Shown here one piece after another: positions 26,665 to 39,495 of a stretch of DNA of 64,000 bases. The notes beneath the pieces are model-generated. The model made no database searches. It saw only the letters and a list, made by a program, of their open reading frames with translations, and was not told the origin of the DNA. Source of the DNA: Selaginella moellendorffii (lineage: Eukaryota > Plantae > Lycopodiophyta); assembly GCF_000143415.4 (NCBI RefSeq), contig NW_003314281.1, positions 1,589,882 through 1,653,881 on the forward strand, written 5' to 3'. Every line of letters begins with the position of its first letter. The first letter of the stretch is position 1. Both the position numbers and the translations under genes were made by a program.

Positions 26665-29600
26665 CTACCCCCAAGGACATAGAGAGAGAAGCCAGAGGCC
26701 CTAACCCTCTTGAGCAAAGAAACCAAATCTGCCAGTAAGATTTAGATAGACTACTGTAAATAGGCAGTTAGAGTTGTTTACACGGTCATGCCCTTTTAAC
26801 GGAATAAGGTACATCGACAAAGAGGTGGGTTATGTGACCAGTCGACAGTAGTTACCCCATGACTAAAGATTTTAACATGCACACGAAGTGTCGAAGCCAG
26901 TCTACCTATACTAGCCCAAACTCAAAGATCAATATATGGACTATATCAAAGTCATAAACAATGATATCTTAGAGATTTAATTATCAGTGAATAAAGCTTA
27001 GATTAGAAAACAAAAGTATTCCAAGTAAGTTATCATCTGATAAACCAGTATTACAGTATAGGAATCACCAAGATCATCATAATTGGTAAACACAAGAATC
27101 ACCATCCAACAAAAATTCAATAGCAAGGGTATCATCAAGTAAACTCAATGATAAATCTTAACTATCAAAAATTACAGACAAAATGCCAAACAACTTATGA
27201 AAGAGAACTCAAAGAACATAAAGTATTATCGACTGGCAAGAAAAATGCTCACAAATATATCACCCGAAAGAAATAACATCCCAATCTATCAGAACTAACT
27301 TGAGCAATAATCAACAGAACAAAATGAACCTGCTAATGTCTCAAACCCAATAAACCAATCCAAAGCAAACCACAAAGAACATATGGTATTGCGTAAAGCC
27401 ATAAGCCATCAAAAAGAACAATTAACCATCATAAAAGATCATTAATCATCCCATCAAAAAGAGATATGCAGAATCATTATCAAAGAAGGAATTCACCATC
27501 CCGAAAAATAGCGAATCATTTTATATCAACAACAATCAAACAAAACTTTTTGATAAGGATAATTAACTATCCTAGATGATAGTCAATCATCACCAATGAT
27601 TGCTAGATGCAAAAGCTAACTTCAATATCGAAGCTAAAGAGCCAAAAATGCCTTCCCCAACAACTTTTAACAAATGGAAAATGAGAATAAAAACTCAAGA
27701 AACCAAAAGCTCGAAGAAGCCTATACCCATATCTTGTTTAACAATGATCACAAGTCTCATATGAACCAACTTTAATGCTAAAGAAGAAATCACGGTGCAA
27801 CCCACAATATCCTCCTCAACATATCCATAAGCTAAACTTCATAATGCCAAAGCTAATAAAGAGTATATTTACATCAATTCAAAAGCTAAACACCATAGAG
27901 CTATGCTCAACAAGTGATCACTAAACGATCTTCCATGAATCCATCTATAGCAAGACATAACTCACTTTATAATAAGCTCAAGAAGAATCATCAATGATCA
28001 ATATATCCCAATTCAAATCTCACAAGGATTCAAACATTTTAATATTGATCACTAACTCTTCCTCTCATAAAGATAGTATAGTCCATGATTGAATCACTTT
28101 TCAAGGAAAAGCCAAAGCTTAACCTCTACTAAACAATCTTGTCTAGAACACAACTAACTCAATTTGCCACTCAGCTCATTTGAACGTCAACATAATTGCT
28201 AACTAGCAAATGCATGAATGCCAATAATATAGAACTTTAGCCAAATCATCAACACTATCTTCATCAAGACTAATGAAACTCAATATCAATCATAAAGAAA
28301 GACATCTCATTTCACTCGAATTTCAATATCAATATTATCAACGACAAGGCATCACTTCAGTGCCATCAACACCAAAACAAAGTTAAAAGAAAGCAAAAGT
28401 AAATCACCACCCAAAACTCTCTAACAACTAAGCTAACCAAAGTTAAAGATACTTTAGTCAATATCTGAGACTAATCCTTTAGCAAAACTCAGTTACAAAT
28501 AACACTTCATCAATGAATGATTCACTACGTCTAAGACTCAATGAAACCCAACACTATGAACTAAACGCAACCAAATGATATCAACATAAGAATCGACATG
28601 CTAACATGAAAAAAAATCCATGTAATGCAAACGACATGATCCTCCGCAACACTATCCGGTAAAGCAAGTCTATCATTGTTAAATCATCATCAAGTGAAGC
28701 AAGTGTCAACAGTCCTCGACAAAGTCTACAAGCAATCACTAGTTGCAAAGCAATTAATAATCACTCTTCAACTTGCCTTCACAAGACCCAACACTAAACT
28801 CATGTTATCAAGTCATATACTTGTTCAATATGAACATAATACCCCAGATATGAGATATTGGCTTACGAGCAAGCACAAACTAAATGACCACTCAAATCTA
28901 ACTTAACCAAAATAAACTCACTAATGCATTTAGCCAATATCTCTAAGCATGCCTTGAATAGGCTAGCTATGCATGATCAACACTCAATTGAAACTAAAGT
29001 GAAGACCATGAGATGAACTCATATCGGTACACAACCTCCTCATAGACAAAGCTATAGTACGGGTACCAACATCTTAACCTTAAACAACTAAGTTGGACAT
29101 CACCATCCTCAGCCAAGGCACAAGGCCACCGAGACTAAATCAGAATCAATGAGAGCTCACTACTCTCATAGAGTCTTAACAAAATGCAAGATGCAACCTA
29201 CCACCAAGCAGAATGCTATAGAAGAAAGGCATAAGGGTCACCTTTCTAAAAAACCGCAACGGCCACTTTTCTACACCAACACTAGACTCTATCCAACTCA
29301 ATTGCCTTAGCCCCAAAAATTAACATCCTTTTCAGGTTACATCATACAAACTACCTACTAAGGTTTAAGCTAACCAAAGCCAACTTCAACCCCTTCACTA
29401 GTTTGCATTGGCTTTCGAAAACAAAATGGTTTTCGAGCAAAGTGATCAACAGATCAGCCATTGGAAAAGCCTAAGAAATTTTTTGAAAAATTTTCCATCC
29501 TAGAGAAAGAATGACTCTCAGTCCAGGAATGCAAGCTTTCAAGACTCAACCAACTTCCTTCTACTAACAACTTCACATAGGTTCACATTAACACAAATTC

Positions 29601-32597
29601 TCATGACCCAATAGCATGCTTAAGTATTGAACATCTTTTGCCCATTTTTCTGATATCTAACACCGACATCTACAATATACAAAAGGAACATCCCAGATTT
29701 GATCACGAAGACCATATCTTCAAATATCCAAATTGCATTAACACTCTTCTTCAACCACCTTTAAGATCCAATGTAAAGCCAAAACATTAACAAGGAAAAT
29801 GACATGGAAAATCAAGGTCTAAGGAAAATTCTTCATCGCTCGAAATAACAATACCACTTCCACTAACAGAAGTGCTAGTGATATTAATGCCCCAACCACA
29901 CATTTTCTTCATCCAACAATCTACTCGAAGTGCTAATAGATAAACCAACAAGCCATAGCACGTGAATGCTATAACCCTTTCCAACACCTTATGAGCAAAC
30001 CCTTCAAGGAACAAGGAACCAACTTAAGCTTAGCATAATGGACCACTATCGAGAATCTAGTTAAAGCTACTATAATGTTACTTCGTGCAAATAGACTAGC
30101 TTCACTATTAACTACTTTGGGGTTGATCATCATTTAACCAAACAACTTTGTAAACACATTGCTCATTATCACATAGATATGATATAAATATCACAATAAC
30201 TTGATCATTAATCAAGCAACACTATGAGCAATGCCCATGTCACTACTACAAAGTTTATGTAAGTATTAAGTGCCAACTCGATTCGACAAAATGCAACACA
30301 AATGCCACACTTTACCGATAGAGATTTACAACACCCAACACCACTAACTTTTGTTCACAACATGGATGAGCTCATGCCACTCTCTTTTCGACCAATCTCA
30401 AAACTAATCCAACACCAAGTTACTCAAGGAGCAATAGTAAAGTTCCCCGGAAAAGAATTGAGCATTGCAACCCAAGTCTTTCAATAGCAAGCCTAGACAA
30501 AATGGTTTAGCGTTTCACCACTATCCATCCCATAACTCACCACTTGTAAGACCATCACTTCCAATATGCATCAAGGTAAGGACTCTTGATTGCATATTGT
30601 GAACACGAGCAATGAGTCACTTTTCGTTACAAATCATCCCTCCAAGAAGAGAAAATGATTTATGTGTTTGATCCTTCATCCCTAACAACTCTTTTTTCGG
30701 TCTCATCTTTAACTAAACCTCAAGCTTGCTTTTGCACTGCCTTCAGTCCAATCCAAGAAAAGTTTATGAAAGAGCATGGTAATGACTATTTGAACCAATA
30801 GACTAATCCCTACAGTCTTGATTGATCCACTCGTAATCATGCCTAGGAAGGATCCACTAGTGCCATGCTAAACAACTATGGACCAGCCTATTTGCCACTC
30901 ATAGCAAACTCAGGGAAAGTTTACTTTCACCTATGGTACAAGGAATAACTCATAGAACCACTGATAGGCTAACACTAATCCTCCCAACTCAAAGTGTAAC
31001 CTTGAATTGCTAATATACCACACTCACGAGCCCAAGCACAAACTCGTGTAAAATGGAACATCTTACATCCAACTTATGAGCCTAAGCAAAAGCTTATTAC
31101 TCTAGTACAAAAAGGTAACTAAGATCTATACCCAAGGAATGATTGCAAAGTCTTTGCACCCAAACGTGTAATCATCGTTTTCATCTTTGCGTATGTAACA
31201 AAACTAGTTGCCTAATCTCATTGTATAGTACTTGCTTAGATGTTTTCCTCTGATACCAAATGTAGTGCATAAAGTTTTTACCCTTTATCCTATGGTGCTT
31301 TACCATAGGATAACACCACGAAGCAAAACCTAAACCCTCTTTATGCCATGTGATAAATGCCACTTGTCCAAAGGAATGTGGTGTGGAACCCGAGTTTCAG
31401 GGCCTTGTGCCACTAAACAAAGGAACGGTGCCAAACTCCCAAACATAGAGCCAAGGAGTGATAGAACCGGACCACAGAGCTACTCCCGAGCGTACAGCCC
31501 AAGGAGCAAAGGGACAGGAGCTCGGAGCGACTTGGAACAGTCCTAGAGCAACTAGTATCCCAATGCCAGGACTAATACGCAAAACAAAGCCAAATGGAGT
31601 TTAGCACTATTTCAGCATACTAGCGGCCTAACGTAAGGATATGGGTACTCCACCAGCTAGCATAGAATGGAACTTGGGCTTAGACCCAAGATGGACGTAG
31701 AATAGTGACAGGCACGCAAGCAAGAGCTAGACTATGCCTCAGGTTGGTCAACCATGCCCAACCTACCCACTATCCCTACTATACATTTGGAAATCCCCAA
31801 ACCCCCCCCCCCCAACCCTCTCTTATTGTAGATAATATTTCTTTTAATTTCATCCCAGCACTTCCTTTTTTATATATAATTCTTTCCTTGTTACTATTTT
31901 TAATATTTATNNNNNNNNNNNNNNNNNNNNNNNNNNNNNNNNNNNNNNNNNNNNNNNNNNNNNNNNNNNNNNNNNNNNNNNNNNNNNNNNNNNNNNNNNN
32001 NNNNNNNNNNCCCCCTCTTGAGGAACACATGCTTTGGGCTTTCACCCCAAGCCTCCCTTAGTATCAGGAGTTAGTCTCTGGGACAAGTTCGAAATTTACT
32101 AAATATGGAATGGCGCTAAAATGTGAATTTGGACACGGGATGAACACCATTGTGTTCAGGCCAATCTCTACATTCTGTAGATATGCCAAATGAGCAAATC
32201 TAGACACTTTCCATAAATAGCATTTGGGACTGAAATGAGACTAACACAAAAGGCATGATATCGAGGGTGTTTGGCAGACATGGTAAGCTTTCATGCAGCG
32301 ATATTGAGGGACTAGTCTCAATACGAGAAGGTTTTTGTCAAGCCAGTGCAAGACAGAGCAAAAGAGAACTAACAAGCCAGGCCGAGTATGCTCAGTTAAA
32401 TAGACACTTAAGAATTCCTTCCTTATGCTCATCCGGCCAAGTACAGATGCTAAGCCCAGTTTACTAACACTTAAACAAAAGGGGCTGATAAAAGGAACCA
32501 ACAATACCAACCTCCTGCCATCGTGGCAGTAAGGAAAGAGTGTCCGTAAAGATTGGCTGACAGGTAGCTTTCGATACCCGAAGTCACATTCACGATA
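26665..32597 (-). mobile_element. Family-1 LTR retrotransposon 'B', nested in the opposite orientation and 3'-truncated at the duplication arm
   Basis: 5' LTR 32597-31261 spans the N gap, with PBS at 31248-31258. The decayed internal region has remnants resembling gypsy RT and RNase H (IVISSDEEF near 29850, LKLALVS near 29375). No long ORF. Confidence 0.78.
31911..32010. other. Assembly gap (100 N)
   Basis: Run of N near the poly-C tract inside the 5' LTR of element B. Confidence 1.
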
Positions 32598-33435
32598 GTC
32601 AATACTACTTTGTGTTCTTTGAGTTATCTTTAGTAAGTTGTTTGGCCTATTGTCTACAACTTTCGGTAGTTAAGTTTCATCATTAAGTTTCCTTGATGAT
32701 ATACTGGTTATTAAATTTTGTTGGATGGTGCATCCTATGTTTTCCAAACATGATGATTTTGGTGGTTTCTGTACTATAATACTGGTTTATCAGATGATAA
32801 CTTACTTCGAATACTTTTGTGTTCTAAAATAAGATTTATTCATTGATAATTAAGTCTCTAAGATATCATTGTCTATGATTTTGATATTATCCATTTATTG
32901 ATCTTTGAGTTTGGGCCAGTATAGGCAGATTGGCTTCGGCACTTTGTGTGCATGATGAAATCCCTAGTCATGGGGTAGCTACTGTCAACTGGTCACATCA
33001 CCCGGTTCTCTGTCGATGTTTCTTATTCCGTTCAAAAGAGCGTGACTGTGTAAACAACTCTAACTATTTGTTTACAGTAGTCTATCTAAACCTTACCAAT
33101 GGGTTTAGTTTCTTTGCTCAGGAGGGTTAGGGCCTCTAGCTTCGCTCTATGTCTCTGCAAGCAAGGGCGTATCACACTTTTGTAAGCTGGGTGACTCCCA
33201 GAGTAGCAAGGGTGGCTGACTCTATTGGTCATTTCCTTGTTGGCGACGGCCGGAAGATGTCTGAGCCGGTAGCACATTCATGTTAGACAAAGAGATTGCC
33301 TCCTAACTCATTTAAGTCGGTGCATTTCTCACATAGTGTGATCACCGTGAACTTTTTTTGGAGTTGTTTCCTTTGCAGTATTCTAGACTGGAGTATGCAT
33401 TGACAAGGATGTCAATCTTCCATAAGGGGGGAGAG

Positions 33436-34569
33436 TGTCGCGAATGTGACTTTAGGTATCAAAAGTTATCTGTCAGCTAGTCTTTACAGACACTCTTTTC
33501 TTACTACCATGATGGCAGGAGGTCGGTATTGCTAGTTCCCTTTATCAACCCTTTTTATTCAAGTGTTAGTTTATTGGGCTTAGCACTTGTACCTAGCCAG
33601 ATGGATATAAGGTAGGAACTCCTATGTGTTTCTAGCTGAGCATACTTGGTCTGGCTCTTAGTTCTTTTTTGCTCTGTCTTGCACTGGCTTGATAAGAACC
33701 TTCGCATATTGAGACTAGTCCCTCAATATCGCTAGATGATAGCTTACCGTGTCTACCAAACACCTTCGCTATCATGCCCTTAATGTTAGTCTCATTTCGG
33801 TCCCAAATGTTATTTGTGGAAAGTGTCTAAATTTGCTCATTTGGCATATCTACGGAATGTAGAATTGTTCTAAACACAATGGTGTTCGTCCCGTATCAAA
33901 ATTTGCAATCTAGGAACATTCCATATTTAGTAAATTTCAAGCTTGTCCCAGAAATTAACTCCTGATACTAAGGGAGGTTTGGGATGAAAACCCAAAGCGT
34001 GTGTTCCTCAAGGGAAATGTATAGTAGGGATAGTGGGTAGGTCGGGCATACCTAACCAACCTAAGGCATAGTCTAGCCCTGCTTGCATGTCTGTCCTTGT
34101 TCTGCATTTGGCTTGGGTCTAAGCCTAAGTTCCATACCATATTAGTTGGTGGGGCACTTATATCCTCGTGTTAGGCCACCGGTATGCCGAAATAGTGCCA
34201 AACTCCATTTGGCTCTGTTTTGTGTGCTAGTCCTGGCAATGGGATGTTAGATGCTCTAGGACTATTCCAAGTCACTCTGTGCTTCTGTCCCTTCGCTCCT
34301 TAGGCTATATGCTCGGGAGTTACTCTGTGGTCCAGTGTCATTGCTCATTGGCTCCATGCTTGGGAGTTTGGCACTGTTCTTTCGTTCAATGGCCCAAGGC
34401 CCTGAACCTCGTATTCCACACCACTGTCCTATGGACACATAGCATGTGATACGTGGCATATGACACATGGCATCTATCACGTGGTATAAAGAGGGTTTAG
34501 GTTCTACTTCGTGGTGTTATCATATGGTAAAGCATTATAGGATAAAAGGTAAAAACCATATGCGCTACA
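33436..34569 (+). repeat. 3' LTR of element A
   Basis: Preceded by the PPT, reads TGTCGCG...GCGCTACA, and is followed by ATTAT. Confidence 0.9.
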
Positions 34570-37500
34570 ATTATTTTGTCAAATGATGAAGAGTTTTCCC
34601 TAAAACTTGTTTTTTCATATCAATTTTCTTACTAATATTTTAACTTTATACTAGATCTTGAAGATAATTGAAGAAGAGTGTAGCTACAATATAGATATTT
34701 GAAGATATAGTCTTTATGATCAAATTTTAAGTATTTATTAGCATTTGTAGATATTGTTGTTAGATGTAAAATATATAAATATGTTGTTGGATTCTTTATA
34801 TGAAGTTATAAATAAAAGGAAATTGGTTGAGTCTTGAAAATTTACATTTCTAAATTGAGAGTTGATTTTTGGATGGAAAATTTTCAACAAATTTTCTTAG
34901 GCTTTTCTAATAGTGGATTTGTTGATCATTTTCTTAAAAACCTTTAGTGAAGAGGTTAGAATTGACTTTTGTTATTTTACACCTTAGTAGGCAGTTTATA
35001 TGATATCAACTGAAAAGGATGCTGACTTTTGGGGCTAAGGAAATTGAGTTATATAGAGCTTGGAGTTGGCGTAGAAAAGTGGCTAATGTGCTTTTTTAGA
35101 AAGATAACTTCTATGCCTTTCTTTATAGTATTATGTTTGGTGGTATGCACTTTGTATTTTGTTAGACTCTAAGAGATATAAAATCTTATTGATCTTGATT
35201 TGGTTTTGGTGGCCCTGCACCTTAGTTAAGAATGGTTATGTCCAATTTAATTATTTGCAATTTAGGTGTTAGTAACTATACTATAACCTTGTCCATTAAA
35301 AGGTTATATACCTATATGAGTCCATCTCATGGTCTTCACTTTAATTTCAGCTAAATGTTAATCATTTATAGCTAGTTTATTATAGTGCATATAGTTTTCA
35401 CCCTTTATCTTATAGTGATAACCATGGAGCAAAATCAAACCTTTGTATAGTGCATGTAATTATGGGATGAGATTTAAATATACTATCACCGTATATCTTT
35501 GGAACTTTAGGGGATAAATGGGGATAAAATAACCATTAAGGGCTCTCTCATCAAGCAATTATTCTTTCTCAGTTGGTTTAAGAGGAGAGAGATAGAGTGC
35601 ACTACACCTTAGACATATAAACTAAGAGCAATAGAGTAGAACTTGAGTTTCAAAACCTTAGGCCACTAAATGAAAGTACGAAGCTAAACTCTTAAATATA
35701 TAGCCAAGGAGTGTATGAAATTGAAGTATGGAACAACTCTTGAATGTAGAGCTCGAGGAGAGAAGAGCACATAGTGTTATTAGAACAATCCTAGAGTTTT
35801 TAACATTCCAATGCCAAAACTAGTATGCAAAATAAAGCCAAATGGAGTATGGCACTATTGCAGTATATTGATAGCCTAACCTGAGGATATAACTAATATG
35901 GTATAGAGCTTAGGCTTGGACTTAAACCAAATGTAAAATAAAGACAAACATGCAAATCGGAGTTAGATTATACCTCAAGTTAATCAGCCAAACTTACCCA
36001 CTATCCCTATTATATATTTGGAACCCCCTTGCCCCTTGCCCCCCCCCCCCTCTCTCTATCAAGGGTTAGGCTTCCACCCTAGTGTCAAGAGCTGGTTTTT
36101 GGGACAATCACAAAAACTTATGGAATGGTGTTAAATTGTGAATTTAAAAGCGAAAAAAGCACTATCTTGTTTAGGATAATTTCTACATTTTATAGATATG
36201 CATCACTATCATATAACACATGGGGGAATGATAATGAGAGTGTTTTAGCAAACATGGTAAACTATCACTTAGTGAATATTGAGAAACCAAACTCAATATT
36301 GCAAAATGTCTCAACACTAGTAAATGCAAGCCAACGAATGAGTTTCTTTAATAAAGTCAAGTATGCTTGATTAATAGCACTTAGGAATTTTGTCTTTATA
36401 CTCTTCTGACCAAATATATATATGAGGACCAATTTCTCAACTAGTTTGGGTGAAGATTAATAGAGTCTAACAATATTGACCTCCTACCGTCATGATAGTA
36501 AGGAAAGAATATCTAAAAGGACTCGTTGACAAGTAGCTTTCAATACCTATAATCATATTTATAACACTTATAAATTCTTTAGTCATGCTCAAAACTATTG
36601 ACTAAATATGTTAGTGAGCTTATTACAGTTTGATTAGACTTGAGTAATAATTTGGTTCACACTTATCTATGTTCTTATATGTTATACATGGAGTATTACT
36701 TTTCTATTAAACAAATATATGACTCAATAATCTAAATTTAGTGTTTTAGCTTTGCAAAATGAAGAGTTAGTGATTGATATTGGAGTTATTGGTTCCTTAT
36801 TGAATTTGAGTTTGGATTATGATTCTTAATACGTTTGTTATAAAATGAGTTATGTTTTGATATGAATAGATGGATTCAAAGGATTGGTTTAGAGATCACT
36901 TATTGAGCATAGCTTTATCATACTTAATTTTTAGATTGATATAAATATGCTCTTAATTAGCTTTTGTATTGTGAAATTTCAACTTACTGAAGAGTTGAGG
37001 AGGATATTATGGGTTGTACTATGAATTTTTCTTTGGCATTGACATTAATTGATGTGAAACTTGTGATTGTTGTTATATGAGACTTAATTATAAGTTTCTT
37101 TGAGCTTTGGTTATTTGAGTTATTATATTTATTGTTCCATTTATTATGAGTTGTTAAAGAAAGTATTTTGTCCAATATTGAAGTTAGTATTCACATCTAG
37201 AAATCATTGGTGATAATTAACTATCATTTAGGAGAATTAGTTATTCTTATTAGAGGTCTTGACTCACCAACAATCCTAGTCATCCTGGAGCTGGGGTGTT
37301 GTGTCATGTAAGTTGAAAACCCATCCCACCAGCCAAGCTGTAGTAGAGGAACACTAGTATAAGAGAAATAGAGTAGGACCACTTGGCCCCTTTGTCGGTG
37401 ACCCACTAGTGTTAAGCTCAATTACAGTGTGATCTACAGGGTTAAGATAATACTATCACCCTTTAGCAAGTTGGTTTAGGGTATAAAGGATAAAATCCAT

Positions 37501-37775
37501 CTTTTGCATAGTAAAAATTTCTCTCTTTAGCAAGTTGGTTTAGGGTATAAAGGATAAAATCCAGGTTTGATATCTTTTGCATAGTAAAAATTTCTCTTTT
37601 TGCAGTTCAGGGCACAGCAATATCTTTTGCTTAGTAAACATTTCTTCCTTTGTAAGTGCAAAAAGAGGAAACAATGTTCTTCATGGTACAGGTTTGAGGA
37701 AGTGGTTCGCAAGAACACCACAGCTCTACTGAGGAGGTTTTGTGGATTTGCCTGTTCGAGACATGATCATGCCTT

Positions 37776-39270
37776 ATGGTGGATTCTCTTATGAGAAAAC
37801 AAAATGAGGATAGGCAACTCCACAAGAGTGTTTTCAACGAAAGGATAAAAAACTCTACTGCTGGACTTGCACGAGCTCACAACCATAGAGGACGTCGCAC
37901 AGTCAGGTCCAATGCCATCGAGCTGCAAGCACAGCGTTCCAAGAATACAACACTCGGAGATGTATGGGAAATGTGGAAGCATGGAGGGTGTGAGGGAGAT
38001 GTTGTAGAGGAGAGACAAGCAGTGTGGCCAGAAAGAAGCTCTCAAAGCGATGTTTTCCCGGACACGAGTGCTGCGCCAAAAGTTCACGGGTGCTTGGGCG
38101 AACTTGGCATCCGGCATTGGCACTGCGCTCGTCAAGGGAGGTACAAAAGTCTGGACGTTGCGGGGGAAACTTTCGATCAGATTGAGCGGAAAGACGTAGC
38201 AACGTGGACTGTGATGTCTTGGAAGCAGAAGACTTTGGTGGCTTTCCAGGAGATGCTCATGCTTCCCAACAAGGTCACATTTCTGGCGCTGCTAAGCAGT
38301 TTGGCTTTGCCAGAACAAAGCTCCAGCAAGCTTTCCGCCTCTTCAACAGGATGCCGTGGAACTTGGTGATTCCGTCTCACGCCCAGCACGGATTCGCGAG
38401 CGAGTCACTGCAGTCCTTCCAGAGGATGAACCAGTCCAAGGAATGAAACCGGATCATCGCATCCTGCGGCCACAGTGGAAGAACGGTCTTCACTTAAGCG
38501 TCTCTGCGTGGATGTCTGTCTTGGAATCTGGATCTGCAAAAGTCCGTCGTATGTCATGCTTTCCTTTGTCATCGATCGATCATTCCGGCTTGAGCGTTTG
38601 TGACACTGGCCAACATCTTCACTCTCAAGAAGAACGAGCGCTCTCGCTCTTCACGGACCCGATAACAATGAGACTCATTGTTCCTCCCAGGCCCTGCCGC
38701 GTGTTCCGAAGCTCGAGCTACGGTCCTCGAGAAGACGTCAAGAGGGAGATCTTCATCATGGACGGGGTGGTGACAAAGCAAATCAGGCCGTGGCAGCTGC
38801 ATGAGGAGCATGGCTTCTCCACCCTCGAGTACGTGAAGCAGGAGGCACGGAGCCCGTTCCTCATGGCCGGCCGAGTGGAACTTTGCGGTGACACTTACAC
38901 CGTCCGACTGAAAGACTTGGGAGTTGAGTCGGCAGCCGTCCACGCAACGACGAGCTGCGTCAAGCCATGTACGATGTTCTCCAAGGCTCTGCATGATCTG
39001 GGGCTGAATCTCAAGTGGAAGAGTGTTGTTCGAGTCAACAAGCTGGGGCTGTGGAAGATTATGAGACGGTCTGGGAAAAGGGCCACACTCCCCGGGGCTT
39101 TTATGCACATTGCCTCCGGGACGTGGTCGACGAGAGTGGCGAGTTTTCGATCTTGTCGGACCACCGGGGTCAACATCTTTACTTTAGACGTAGAATTTTA
39201 TCAACTTATCGTCTCCTTTAGTTGCATCCACTGGAGAACATCCTCCAAGGCCTGTGCTGTGCACGAGTAA
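37776..39270 (+). pseudogene. Mosaic of PPR fragments plus an unidentified coding fragment, copy 2
   Basis: Mirror of 20559-22053. Confidence 0.55.
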
Positions 39271-39495
39271 TGGTTCCTCTGGAGCCTTCTGCGAATCTCG
39301 TATCCCACGGATCCAACGTCGCGAGCGACAGGTCCCCGAGCGGTGGCCTTCAAAGACTGTTTGACTTTCATTGACTACCCATGACATTGAGCTCAACTAG
39401 TCTGGAAATGGATATCAGTGGATGAAAACGGCAACGTGTGGAACACGTTGTTCTATCCAATTTTGTGAAGCTCTTGTTCTTCAATAAAATGTAGA

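Larger units (their letters stand above)
8818..34569 (+). mobile_element. Family-1 LTR retrotransposon 'A' (Ty3/gypsy-derived, non-autonomous), expanded by nested insertions and rearrangement; TSD ATTAT
   Basis: 5' LTR 8818-9936 (TGT...ACA), tRNA-Met PBS TGGTATCAGAG 9939-9949, PPT AAGGGGGGAGAG just before the 3' LTR 33436-34569. ATTAT occurs at 8813-8817 and 34570-34574, and the two flanks rejoin into one continuous older element. Confidence 0.8.

Noticed and set aside
8818-34569. Copia classification of family 1
   Set aside because: The PBS and PPT are not diagnostic, and the residual peptide motifs look like gypsy RT followed by RNase H.
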